The notes beneath the pieces were generated by a model. It worked only from the letters and a program-made list of their open reading frames with translations. It ran no database searches and was not told where the DNA came from. A DNA stretch of 64,000 nucleotides from Candidatus Latescibacterota bacterium. GTDB lineage: Bacteria; Latescibacterota; UBA2968; GCA-2709665. The number at the start of each line of letters is the position of its first letter. Within the stretch, counting starts at the first letter, position 1. The DNA is taken from the NCBI GenBank assembly GCA_965222075.1, contig OZ244937.1:992001-1056000 (forward strand), read 5' to 3'. Both the position numbers and the translations under genes were made by a program. Of this stretch, positions 9,812-19,481 are shown piece by piece.

Positions 9812-11227
9812 TTATCCCTCCTCGTTTGATGCGAACGCCGCAGATTCACGCAGCTGCCGCAGCGGCTTCAGTAGCAGGTTGAGGATCGAAGTTCTGTCCG
9901 TTATGATCTCGGCGGTGCCCTTCAGGCCGTACATCAGCGGCTTTTCCTCTCCGCGCACCCGCACGGTTATCTCTTCCGGTTGCACGATGCACCGATAGAC
10001 CGGGCCGAGGGTCGGATCGACGGTTGCATCCGGCGATATCTGCGTTAGTCTCCCCAGCTTGATGCCATAGTCTTCAAAGGGGAAGGCTTCGTACTTCAGC
10101 TTGACGGCCTGCCCCGGCTTGATCATTCCCACGTCCTTGTTCAGGACCATCGCTTCGGCCACCGTGGGGGCGGAGGCCGGGGCCAGGGTGGCCAGGGCCT
10201 GTCCTTTGTCGGCCACCTGGCCCACGGTGTTCACGAGCACCCGGGTCACGATGCCGGCTTCCGGTGCCAGGATGAGGTCCGAGTCGGCCTCCAGGGCCCG
10301 GTCCACCGCCTGCTGCGCCCGTTCGTAGCGCAGCTTTGCCTCTTCGTAGGCGTGCACGGCCCGGACGGACTCCCGGTCGCGGTCGATCTGCGCCTGCAGG
10401 ATTTGTCGCTTCAGGTCCTGCACGGTTGTTTCCAGGCGATGGACCTCCGCCATCCGGGCAGGGAGAGCGGCCAGCGCCCCAAAGTAGCGCACCCGGGCCT
10501 CGTCTAAGGCCTTGTGGCTGATGAGGCGCTTCTTGTAGAGCTGCCGGCTCTCCATATACAGATGTTTGAGGTGTTCCAGTTCTGCGGATCGAAACCGGAT
10601 CTCCGCCTTCAGGTCCGCCTCAGGAGGGTTTGCATCCGGGGTGTGACCTTTCAGGTCCTCCTCTCTGAAGCTCTCTCGATAGGCCTGCAAGGCGTCCTGG
10701 TGGGTCTGCATCAGCGCTTGCATGAGGTCCAGCCTGGCTTTGAGCGCGGCAACGGTCTCCTGCGTGAGCCGCCGCTTTTGGGGCAGGGCTTCCCGAAGGT
10801 CGTAGTCCGCTTTCTGAAACTGCACTTTGGCCTGTTCCAGTTCCCGCAACTCCATCCAGGTTTCACGGGACCGGAGTTTGAAGAGAATTTGCCCTTTGCT
10901 CACCCTGTCCCCCTCCTTCACCCCGATGCCCTCAATCTCTCCACCCCGGGGCGCCTGGACAGTATTCACCCGGCCCCGGGGCATGAGGCGAAACGGCGCT
11001 GTGGCCACCACATCCACTTTCCCAAACCCCGCCCAGAGTAGCCCGGCCAGGACAAAGGCCAGCACAATATAGAGCAGCGTCCGGCTAAAGGCAGGGTGAA
11101 GAGACCCGAAGAACTCAGACACTTCCACCGCGTGTTCTACATTCCCCGAAACAGGGTGAACCCCGGCATCTGGAACACCGGGGGTTTTCTCCACCAATGC
11201 GGATGCTGTTAATACGGGTTCGGCCAT
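9812..11227 (-). CDS. HlyD-family type I secretion membrane fusion protein
   Basis: Single TM, VKEGDRVSKGQIL, coiled coil, AFPFEDYG, ISPDA. Confidence 0.92.
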   Translation of the reverse strand: MAEPVLTASALVEKTPGVPDAGVHPVSGNVEHAVEVSEFFGSLHPAFSRTLLYIVLAFVLAGLLWAGFGKVDVVATAPFRLMPRGRVNTVQAPRGGEIEGIGVKEGDRVSKGQILFKLRSRETWMELRELEQAKVQFQKADYDLREALPQKRRLTQETVAALKARLDLMQALMQTHQDALQAYRESFREEDLKGHTPDANPPEADLKAEIRFRSAELEHLKHLYMESRQLYKKRLISHKALDEARVRYFGALAALPARMAEVHRLETTVQDLKRQILQAQIDRDRESVRAVHAYEEAKLRYERAQQAVDRALEADSDLILAPEAGIVTRVLVNTVGQVADKGQALATLAPASAPTVAEAMVLNKDVGMIKPGQAVKLKYEAFPFEDYGIKLGRLTQISPDATVDPTLGPVYRCIVQPEEITVRVRGEEKPLMYGLKGTAEIITDRTSILNLLLKPLRQLRESAAFASNEEG

Positions 11228-11263
11228 TTGACTTTTGTCGGCTTATTTGTCCCTCACGATTTT

Positions 11264-14200
11264 TTATGCCGCGTCCAGCTGCTGACCTGTCAGGTAGTAA
11301 TAAAGCCCTTGCTTCGCCACCAGGCCCTCATGATCCCCTGTCTCTACGATGTGTCCTTTGTCCAGCACCACGATCAGGTCCGCATTCCGTACGGTGCTCA
11401 ACCGGTGGGCGATGACGAACGCCGTGCGGTCTTTTAAGATGTCCTCCAGGTTCTCCTGGATGGCCTGCTCCGATTCCGTATCCAGGGCGTTGGTCGCTTC
11501 GTCGAAGATCAGGATCCGGGGATCGGTGTAGAGCGCCCGGGCGATGGCGACCCGTTGCCGCTGCCCGCCGGAGAGTCCCACACCCTGTTCTCCGACCCTG
11601 GTTTCGTAGCCCATGGGCAGGTCGGAGACAAAGCCGTGGGCGTTGGTCAGCCTGGCGGCCTCCACCACCCGGTCCATGTCGACCTCTTCCGCGCCCAACG
11701 CGATGTTTTCCGCGATGGACCCGCTGAAGAGGAACGGCTCTTGCAGGACCATCCCGACCTGGCGCCGCAGCCATGCCGGGTTAAAGTCGCGCAGGTCGAT
11801 CCCGTCGAGCGTCACCCGCCCTTCGGTGGGATCAAAAAGCCGGGGGATGAGTTTCACCAGCGTGGTCTTCCCTGCGCTGCTACGGCCTACGACGGCCACC
11901 TTCTGGCCGGGCTGAACGGTCAGGTCGATGTCGTTGAGGACATAGGGTTCCTCTGCACCGGCTCCGTAGCGAAAGAAGACCTTTTCAAACGCGATCCGAC
12001 CTTCCATCCGCTGGAGGGTTACCGCATAATTCCCATGCCGGGACGCCTCCATAGGGCTATCGTAGATGTCGTTGAGCCGGTCCAGCGCAATGCGCGCCTC
12101 CTGGATCTGTGGCCAGAGACCGATCAGGCCCATAATCGGTCCTGTTACGTTTCCGACGATCGCATTGAAGGCCATCAATTGTCCTACCGACAGTTCCCCG
12201 TCAATCACCAGGGTCGCTCCGTACCAGAGAATAAATGTGCTGCTGAAGAGGTTCAGCAGTCTGCCGATAGAGCCGAACAGCATCCCGATTTTCATTCGGT
12301 GAAATCCGATTTGAATCTCTTTGGTGTAGCGATCCTCCCATTTCCACCTCGTGCTCCGCTCTACAGCCGATGCCTTGACAGCGTCAACGCCATGCAGGGA
12401 GTCGATCAGCACAGACGACTGTTCAGCTTGCGCCAGGAAGGCGCGCTGGCCGAGCGACTTGAGGACCGGCGTGTAGATCAACGTCAGGATCACGGTAAGC
12501 GGCATAAATGCCAGCACAAAAAGGGTCAACTGTGCATGATAATAGAGCATCAGCCCCAGGTAGACGAAGAGCATGGTCACGTCGAGGACGACCGAGACCG
12601 TGGCGCCGGTCAACAGCGCTTGAATCGTGGCGTTTTCCCCGAATCGTGTTGTGAGATCACCTGTGCGACGCAGTGCGAAGAAACGCATCGATAGGCCCAG
12701 CAGGTGCCGGTAAAATCGGGAGAGCATGGTGATACTCAACCGGGCGCTGACGTAGGCGATCAGGTAGGTCCGCAGTGCGGAGGTGCCCATCTGGAAGAGG
12801 GCGATGACGATCATTCCGATCAGCATCAGGTTGAGCAGGTGCCGGTCCTGGTGGACCAGGACCTGGTCTACGATGGTCTGCGTAAAGATCGGCGAGGCGA
12901 GCCCGAACAGGCTCAGGACCAGGGACGCCAGGAGGATTTCGCAGAGGATGCCGGCGTAGGGCCGTACAAGGGGGAAGAACCTGCGGAAGGAGGGCAGGGA
13001 GGATTCGTTTTCGGCCACCCGGTCCGTGTACTCCAGAAGAAGCGCCATATGGGCCCAGCCAGCCTCGAACGCCTTTCTGGAGAGCTTCCGGATGCCGATT
13101 TCAGGGTCGGCGATCATCGCATACTTTGCGGTGATCTGAAAAAGGACGATAAAGTGGTTGCCCTCCCAGTGGATCACGGCGGGCAGGTCTGTGCGCAGCA
13201 GCTGCTCGTAGCCCGTCCGCACACCCCGCGTGACAAACCCCAGGCTCTCCGCAGCTTCGGCCAGCCCGGCTAAAGACGCCCCGTGGCGTGAGACGTTGGC
13301 CATGTCCCGCAGCCGGTTCAACCCGATGGGCATCCCGTAATACTTGCAGATCATCCCCAGACAGGCCGCCCCACAGTCGGTCTGGTCATGCTGCTTGAGA
13401 AATGGAAACCGGCGGATTTTTCGGGCCTTCCCGTTTTGGGACGAGGCCTCCGGCGTTACCGTATCCTTCGTTCGCTGCGTTTGGGGAGCAGTCGGTCCAT
13501 TCACCGGAATCGGCGCGGGTTCCGCAGATTCTTTCTGTCTGTGCTCCGAGACCGCCCCTTCAAGCGCCCGGCGCAAGGGGGGGATTCGACCCACAAAGCG
13601 GTCAAAGTCCACCTTCGACAGCGAATAGACTACAACATCGGTCACTGCGGTGATGGTGGCCGGCTGGGGTGTGTTCTCCAGCAGCGCCTGCACGCCAAAG
13701 AAATCCCCCTGCTTCAGTTCATATGCCGTTCGCTCCCGTCCGCAACCGTCCAGGCTTATGGCCCTCATGTGTCCACCGCCAATCAGGTAGAACCGTTCTC
13801 CTGCGTCTCCCTGGCGGGCCACACACGTTTCGGAGGATAGGGCCTCCCGTTTCAAGCTCCGGAACAGGTCCTGCATCGCTTCGCCGGATACCTGTCCGTT
13901 TCCCGCTTTGAGGAACCGCGTGAAGTCCCGGTATGCGATGTGAACGATCTGGTCTTCAAGATACGCTTTCAAGTCCGGGTTGGAGGAGACAACCTTCAAG
14001 AAATCGGCTCTGGAGACCCGCAGCACTCCTGAGGGCTCAACCGCGCGTACCGTGGCGCGACGTCCCAGGCCGGTCAATAGTGCGCCCTCTCCGAAGTGGT
14101 CGCCAGGGTAGAGGTAGCCCACCGTCTGGGGGCGTTCCTCATCATCCTTCCGGAGGACTCGCAAGCGGCCGGACCGGACGATGTAGAAGGCGTCGCCCGG

Positions 14201-14290
14201 ATCGCCTTCCTGGAAGATGGTGGCGCCCAGATTGAGGCGCAGAGAGTTTTCTTGGGAAGCGAATTTATCCGGTAGGATTGGATGGTTCAT
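11264..14290 (-). CDS. Peptidase-containing ABC transporter: 2x cNMP-binding + C39 peptidase + TM + ATPase
   Basis: Two GDxFG cNMP domains; QHDQTDCGAACL, HWEGNHF, IADP; GRSSAGKT, LSGGQRQR. Confidence 0.93.
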   Translation of the reverse strand: MNHPILPDKFASQENSLRLNLGATIFQEGDPGDAFYIVRSGRLRVLRKDDEERPQTVGYLYPGDHFGEGALLTGLGRRATVRAVEPSGVLRVSRADFLKVVSSNPDLKAYLEDQIVHIAYRDFTRFLKAGNGQVSGEAMQDLFRSLKREALSSETCVARQGDAGERFYLIGGGHMRAISLDGCGRERTAYELKQGDFFGVQALLENTPQPATITAVTDVVVYSLSKVDFDRFVGRIPPLRRALEGAVSEHRQKESAEPAPIPVNGPTAPQTQRTKDTVTPEASSQNGKARKIRRFPFLKQHDQTDCGAACLGMICKYYGMPIGLNRLRDMANVSRHGASLAGLAEAAESLGFVTRGVRTGYEQLLRTDLPAVIHWEGNHFIVLFQITAKYAMIADPEIGIRKLSRKAFEAGWAHMALLLEYTDRVAENESSLPSFRRFFPLVRPYAGILCEILLASLVLSLFGLASPIFTQTIVDQVLVHQDRHLLNLMLIGMIVIALFQMGTSALRTYLIAYVSARLSITMLSRFYRHLLGLSMRFFALRRTGDLTTRFGENATIQALLTGATVSVVLDVTMLFVYLGLMLYYHAQLTLFVLAFMPLTVILTLIYTPVLKSLGQRAFLAQAEQSSVLIDSLHGVDAVKASAVERSTRWKWEDRYTKEIQIGFHRMKIGMLFGSIGRLLNLFSSTFILWYGATLVIDGELSVGQLMAFNAIVGNVTGPIMGLIGLWPQIQEARIALDRLNDIYDSPMEASRHGNYAVTLQRMEGRIAFEKVFFRYGAGAEEPYVLNDIDLTVQPGQKVAVVGRSSAGKTTLVKLIPRLFDPTEGRVTLDGIDLRDFNPAWLRRQVGMVLQEPFLFSGSIAENIALGAEEVDMDRVVEAARLTNAHGFVSDLPMGYETRVGEQGVGLSGGQRQRVAIARALYTDPRILIFDEATNALDTESEQAIQENLEDILKDRTAFVIAHRLSTVRNADLIVVLDKGHIVETGDHEGLVAKQGLYYYLTGQQLDAA

Positions 14291-14336
14291 CCGGGTTTCT
14301 TAGCCTCAGCGTCATCTTTCTTCAGATTCTGTTACC

Positions 14337-14480
14337 GTGGAAACCTGCTGCTTTGGCATGAAACGAGAGCGATTACGGGCGATGTTGGAAGCTGCCGTGG
14401 AGCTACAGGATGCTTATTACACCTTCTGTTTGCTCCACGACAGCCTCAAGCAACAGATTCATCCCCTCTGGGCCAACAAA
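14337..14480 (+). pseudogene. Probable IS1-like transposase C-terminal relic
   Basis: ETCCFGMK...LEAAVELQDAYYTFCLLHDSL resembles RxTxCFSK...YNFCxxHxSL. Confidence 0.45.
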
Positions 14481-14545
14481 GGGCAACGGGTCGCCGAAAG
14501 AGTGGTCTCCACATACCCCGATGGCAGAAGGGATAACGGATCACG

Positions 14546-14573
14546 CCTGCCTGCCGAGTCCGGCGCAAGCAGG
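14546..14573. repeat. Palindromic element copy (28 bp)
   Basis: cctgcctgccgagtccggcgcaagcagg flanked by G|C. Confidence 0.7.
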
Positions 14574-14586
14574 CAAAACGCTCTCC

Positions 14587-14847
14587 CTAACTGCGATATC
14601 CGGAGTAAACTTCATACATCTTTTGCCTCTTGTAAAATTCATCGACAAAAGTGTCTCCTGGTGGGGGGGTATATATAACATAGCTAGACACCAGGTATTT
14701 AGAGGGAATCTCCTTACCATTTCCTCCTTCTACGATCGCCATTTCATGCATGCTTAAGCTTTCTTCGCGTAGGGGTAGAGGTACACACTGTACGAAGAAT
14801 TGTCCTGGATCTGTTGTAATCCGGTTATTACGTACTTTGGCTACCAT
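14587..14847 (-). CDS. Putative double-glycine-leader precursor peptide (86 aa; 42-aa leader + 44-aa core)
   Basis: TAAGGAGG RBS; EESLSMHEMAIVEGG fits LSxxELxxIxGG; between glycosyltransferases and C39 exporter. Confidence 0.72.
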   Translation of the reverse strand: MVAKVRNNRITTDPGQFFVQCVPLPLREESLSMHEMAIVEGGNGKEIPSKYLVSSYVIYTPPPGDTFVDEFYKRQKMYEVYSGYRS

Positions 14848-15072
14848 CGTTGTTACCTCCTTATTGAGACTCAGAGAATTCTGAGACATCCGGTTGTGAG
14901 CGGATACCTGTATCCTGACATTCCTCATCGCGAAGTTCGGATGTCAAGAGCGGTATTCAGAGTGGGGTAGTTATGCGTTACCTCTCTGTGTCAGACCATA
15001 AGCGACCTCCTCTGGAATCGGGTGATCGGTTCCGGGCAATATGCATGGACGGTGGGATAGAGCCGTCCCATC

Positions 15073-16470
15073 TCACGGGGACATCAGCATATCGCCCATC
15101 TGCCGGATCTTTCGGAGCGCCTGATGGCACGTCTCCCGGTCGCCGGCGATACCGAGCAGCGCGGCCTCCACCTCGTTCGGATGTAGCGCCTGGCTCAGGT
15201 AGAGGCCCAGGCCTTCCAAGAACGGAAGGTCCTGATGCAGGAAGGGGACCCTGGGGAGCGGGCCCTGCTGGCTGCCAAGATAGTTGTATGCCTTGCTATG
15301 TGCATGTCCTTTCAAGTTATAGCCCTGGACAAAGTGGACGGTGAGGGGTACAGGGCAGGTACCCCGCTCACGCTTCTGAAGGAGATCTTCGAAAAGCTCC
15401 ACGTGCTGTTTTGCAATCCGGTCCCACGAAAATCCTTCTGCTCGTTCCCTTGCCTGCCGGCCTGATTTTTCCCGTTCGGTTTTGCTGTCGATCAGGCTTC
15501 GTATTGTATCTGAAACTGCCTCTGGGGGGATGTAGCCGGACACGCTGAGCGGTTCGTCCTCAAATCGCGTGACCTCGACCATCCAGCCGCAGTTGGAAAG
15601 GAGTTCGGGCGCGCCGGCAAACCGGGTGGCCACAATTGGAAGGCCGCATGCCATTCCTTCCAGCACAACCGAAGGGCAGGATTCGTAGGAGTAGACCGAC
15701 AGGAAGCAGAGCACATCCAGCAGGTTGTAGTAAAGCGGCATCCGGTTGTAGGGCTGAGGTCCGAGAAAGATGACATTTGGTGGATGGGTAACGGGAACAA
15801 ACTGCTGGCCGACGACGGCGAACAGGACATCCGGGTTCAGATCGGCTATGCGAAGAAAGGGATACGCTCCCTTGCCCGGTTCGAATCGAGAACAAAATCC
15901 AACGACAGGCATCTCCAAAAATCGCTGATCACTGGTGGCCTCGGCGACCTCTTTGCGGGCAGCGAGCTTGTCGGTGGGCTTGAAGACCTCTGTGTCCACG
16001 CCGTTCGTGATGGGCCTCAGGTAAGACGGGTCGAAGGCGTAGGCCGCCAGTTCGCGGGCACACCAGGTCGATTTGGGTGAGAGCGCGTCGTAAGGCCGAA
16101 GCAGGGAATAGCAGTTCAAGACCTGGTTCAGGAACTCCCGGTTCTGCCCAAAACAGCAGGACAGACGGATGACGATTGGAGCGGGGCAGACATGGCGGAA
16201 GAAGGCCAGCTCATTAACGTTTGGCTCAAACATCAGCACCGCATCGAATTCCTGTCGCTCAAACCATTGAAGCGAAGCGTCGATGGTTTCGAACGCTTGC
16301 CGAACGCCATAGATGTTGTCCTGGTACTCCTCTGGCTCCTCCGATAGCAGGAAGACCTCGCAGTACTTAGACAGGGCTTGTACGTGATTGAACCCCGAAA
16401 TCGAAGCGCCACTCCCGGATTCGTATACGGCCGCTTCGGAAAGGTATGGATAAGGGATGAAAATCTTCAC
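15073..16470 (-). CDS. Family 4 glycosyltransferase with ~90-aa C-terminal extension
   Basis: NGVD, ESCPSVVLEGMACGLP (Ex7E); GTG start with AAGGAG RBS. Confidence 0.88.
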   Translation of the reverse strand: MKIFIPYPYLSEAAVYESGSGASISGFNHVQALSKYCEVFLLSEEPEEYQDNIYGVRQAFETIDASLQWFERQEFDAVLMFEPNVNELAFFRHVCPAPIVIRLSCCFGQNREFLNQVLNCYSLLRPYDALSPKSTWCARELAAYAFDPSYLRPITNGVDTEVFKPTDKLAARKEVAEATSDQRFLEMPVVGFCSRFEPGKGAYPFLRIADLNPDVLFAVVGQQFVPVTHPPNVIFLGPQPYNRMPLYYNLLDVLCFLSVYSYESCPSVVLEGMACGLPIVATRFAGAPELLSNCGWMVEVTRFEDEPLSVSGYIPPEAVSDTIRSLIDSKTEREKSGRQARERAEGFSWDRIAKQHVELFEDLLQKRERGTCPVPLTVHFVQGYNLKGHAHSKAYNYLGSQQGPLPRVPFLHQDLPFLEGLGLYLSQALHPNEVEAALLGIAGDRETCHQALRKIRQMGDMLMSP

Positions 16471-16495
16471 AGAATTCTCCTTGTATTTTGCCTTT

Positions 16496-16514
16496 CTCTG
16501 CGTCCTCTGCGGTG
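16496..16514. repeat. Short intergenic repeat CTCYGCG..CTCTGCGGTG (also 19128-19154 and 45277-45294)
   Basis: Three same-orientation intergenic copies. Confidence 0.55.
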
Positions 16515-16519
16515 TTCTT

Positions 16520-19078
16520 TTAGAGATTTTCGATAAACGCACGCGTCTGTTCAGCACCGTCCAGCGCCAGGGTATGCCTCGGTAGGGGATGAGACAGCCC
16601 ACGCACAATGGCATCGGCGATCCGATCAGGCGTCAGAACGTCGGGATGGATCACCTCCGCCAGTCCCAGATCAGCCAGCTTGCGCGCCCGGATATCCTGA
16701 TCCTCTGAAAGCTTGCTTGGCACGAACAGAGTCCGGACACACGTCTCCAGGGTGTTCATACAGGTGTTGTATCCGGACCGGCTGATCGAGAGGTCGGCGA
16801 CACGCATCCACTGGAGAAAATTGGGCGCGAACCGCTCAAGGCGAAACGGACCGTCTCCACACATCTGTTTAAGGGCTTTGAAATGCGTCTCCTCTACAAA
16901 GAGGCCTGAGAAAATGACCATTGTCCGGTTCTCAATCGCTCCCTGTTCATCAAGGCGTTTCCAGGCCTCAATACAGGGAGCGGCAAGCGTGTGACCATCA
17001 ACGCCACCGCCTGCGCTGACCAGCACAAATCCGTTTCTGTTTTGGGGATTTTCTCCCAACAGGTTTCGATGCTCCAGCGCACCGTTCGGTTTTTCAGATA
17101 CATATCCTGTGTAGATAACCGGGATGGCGATATCCTCCACCCAGGGGAAGTGCTCTTCCAGCCGGCTCACACGCGGGTCTCCGTGAATGAGCAGGGCGTC
17201 GAAGCAGGCGTTTAACGTGGGACAGACCTCTTCGTAATACCTGCGTGCAATTCGGGTATTCTCGTGGACTTTACCTCCAAAAGGAACCGAGTAGAACCGC
17301 AGCCGGTCCCCGGATGGATGGCAGGCTGGAACCGGAAATATATCGAGGGCAGCCGTTTTGGCCTGAAGGGGGATGTCACGCAGAGAACAGATTACCCTGA
17401 CGTCCGGGTTGACCGATCCGGCTGCTTGAATCGCCGGGAGCAGCTCCGGCCGCAAGAGCCACCGCTGGAAGGGAAACAGTTCAACGATGAAGACGTCCGG
17501 TCGCAGGTGTGAAACGGTCTCTCGCAGGATGCGTTGACGCTCCTCCAGTACCTCTTCGATGTTCCGGTTGGGATTTTCAGAGGCCAATCCCTGTGGTGTC
17601 AGATGAATGGGCGTCAGATGAATGGGCCTCACGGAGTCTGGCACTTCGGCGCCTGGAATTGGACGGCCGCCGTCCACGAAGTGGACCTCGTGGTCCCGTG
17701 ATAGCACCCGGACGATCTGGAGATTTCGGAAGTGATGGCCCACGCCGACAAGGTGCTGGCTGTAGAAGAGGATGCGCTTTCTGCGGGGTTTCGAAGCGGC
17801 GCCGGACAGCCCGGGCCGGTGTTCACGGAGCGCCCGCTCGTAAATCACGCCGTATCTCGCCACGACCTTCCGCCATGCCCGGTGTTCCAGCACCCAGAGC
17901 CTTGCACGGTGCCCCAGTGCTGCGCGGAGCCGCGCATCCTGGATGAGGGTCGAACACTTCCGGGCGAGGTCATCCGGGTCGTCGGCGGTACAGATAAGGC
18001 CGGTCTTGCCGTCGTCCACGATCTCACGGAGTGCGTTCACATCGCTGACAATGAGGGCTTTTTCCATGCACATTGCTTCATACGGCTTTAGCGGGGTCAC
18101 CAGATCCGTGACTTTGCTCTTGATTCTGGGGATGACAAATAGATCGAGGAGGGCATAATAATCCAGAATGTCCCGATGGGGTACCCGGCCGGTAAAGTGA
18201 ATGGCGTTTCTTAGATTCAGCTTTCTTGCCAGGGCCTGGAGGGGGCCAAGTTCGTCGCCTTCACCCACAATCACAATCCTGACGCGCAGGTTGTTTTCCA
18301 GCAGGATTTTTCCGGCTTTGAGCAACCCATGAATGCCCTCGAGCTTTCTCAGGCAACCGATGTAGCCGATGACGACTTCCTCTGGAAGAATGCTTAGCTT
18401 CTCACTCAGGTGTGTCGGGCGTTCCCGGGGCTGAAATTGTGAGGGATCGACCCCATTGGGGACAATAGAAATTTTCTCTCCGGGGATGCCTTTCCGCACG
18501 AACTCGGCCTTCATTGTCCTGGAAAGGGTCACCACGCGGTCTGCGCGTTCCATTGCATTTACAAACTCCTGGCACTGCCTCTGATAGGCTTCTGAAGCAG
18601 GATCGGTTGTGCCATTCGCGACTGCGCTGTCGTGCCGCAGACCCCTCACTTCGTAGATCACCGGCAGACCGCACCGGCGCCCCAGATCGATCGCTGTCAA
18701 GGCGTTCCGTGCGGGGGATGCGACGTGGACCAAATCAGGTTTTTGGGTCTGGATAGCGCGGGAAATATGGTTTCGAAATTGGCGCTCCAGGCCGTACCGA
18801 AACAGGCGGTCAAAATCGGGAGGTCGGCCTGCGCCGAGACGTTGTAAGACGTTGTGATTACACGCTTGAGCGGTATCTCTCAGATACAAAACGCCGTCCA
18901 GGTACTCCTCTTCAACAGGATATGCTCCGTTTGCCGAAGGGGGTGAATGCCTTGTCGCCACGACCGGTTCAAACCCCAGTGCTTTCTGGAGGTCGACGAT
19001 ATACTTGCTGCGGATGGTGTAACCGGCCTGCCAGTGCGGCAGTGACCGATTCAGGATGTGTAGGATTTTCAGGGCCAT
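16520..19078 (-). CDS. Fused glycosyltransferase: N-terminal GT4 + C-terminal GT1/GT28-like domain
   Basis: YEVRG, VPNGVD, TPLKPYEAM; then YSQHLVGVGH, VSAGGG, SRSGYNT. Confidence 0.9.
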   Translation of the reverse strand: MALKILHILNRSLPHWQAGYTIRSKYIVDLQKALGFEPVVATRHSPPSANGAYPVEEEYLDGVLYLRDTAQACNHNVLQRLGAGRPPDFDRLFRYGLERQFRNHISRAIQTQKPDLVHVASPARNALTAIDLGRRCGLPVIYEVRGLRHDSAVANGTTDPASEAYQRQCQEFVNAMERADRVVTLSRTMKAEFVRKGIPGEKISIVPNGVDPSQFQPRERPTHLSEKLSILPEEVVIGYIGCLRKLEGIHGLLKAGKILLENNLRVRIVIVGEGDELGPLQALARKLNLRNAIHFTGRVPHRDILDYYALLDLFVIPRIKSKVTDLVTPLKPYEAMCMEKALIVSDVNALREIVDDGKTGLICTADDPDDLARKCSTLIQDARLRAALGHRARLWVLEHRAWRKVVARYGVIYERALREHRPGLSGAASKPRRKRILFYSQHLVGVGHHFRNLQIVRVLSRDHEVHFVDGGRPIPGAEVPDSVRPIHLTPIHLTPQGLASENPNRNIEEVLEERQRILRETVSHLRPDVFIVELFPFQRWLLRPELLPAIQAAGSVNPDVRVICSLRDIPLQAKTAALDIFPVPACHPSGDRLRFYSVPFGGKVHENTRIARRYYEEVCPTLNACFDALLIHGDPRVSRLEEHFPWVEDIAIPVIYTGYVSEKPNGALEHRNLLGENPQNRNGFVLVSAGGGVDGHTLAAPCIEAWKRLDEQGAIENRTMVIFSGLFVEETHFKALKQMCGDGPFRLERFAPNFLQWMRVADLSISRSGYNTCMNTLETCVRTLFVPSKLSEDQDIRARKLADLGLAEVIHPDVLTPDRIADAIVRGLSHPLPRHTLALDGAEQTRAFIENL

Positions 19079-19299
19079 GAGAGGGGTTCACCTCGGAGAA
19101 TTTCTCCTTTTCCCTGCATTTGTATTTCTCCGCGCCTTCCGCGCCTCTGCGGTGCGGTTACCGGGGCAGGTTTCGCAAACCCTGTGCCACCCCTTCCTGG
19201 GAGAGCATAACAATAATATTTTCAAAATCTTCGAGAGAATTTTTGAGAAAATTTCAGAAGGAAAAGGTGAAAAAGGTTTTCAAAATGGCTCTCCGGATC

Positions 19300-19316
19300 T
19301 GAAAGATCCATGCCAA
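19300..19316 (-). promoter_or_regulatory. Sigma54-like -24/-12 promoter upstream of the glycosyltransferase/T1SS operon
   Basis: TTGGCATGGATCTTTCA, correct spacing, imperfect -12. Confidence 0.45.
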
Positions 19317-19481
19317 TAGGGCCCGGAAATCGTCTGTCTGTACTTTTTTCAAACGCATATCCTGACGGGTATATCCCTCAACACTTAAGCTGCAGACTGG
19401 GAATAGAAAGAGGCCCTGACCGTTTTGTGGTCAGGGCCTCCTGACGTCTTGCGTCGGGGCGGAGTGAGATGTATAGCCGAA

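Noticed and set aside
14353-14370. TGGCATG as sigma54 promoter
   Set aside because: No GC at -12 spacing and wrong strand for the operon
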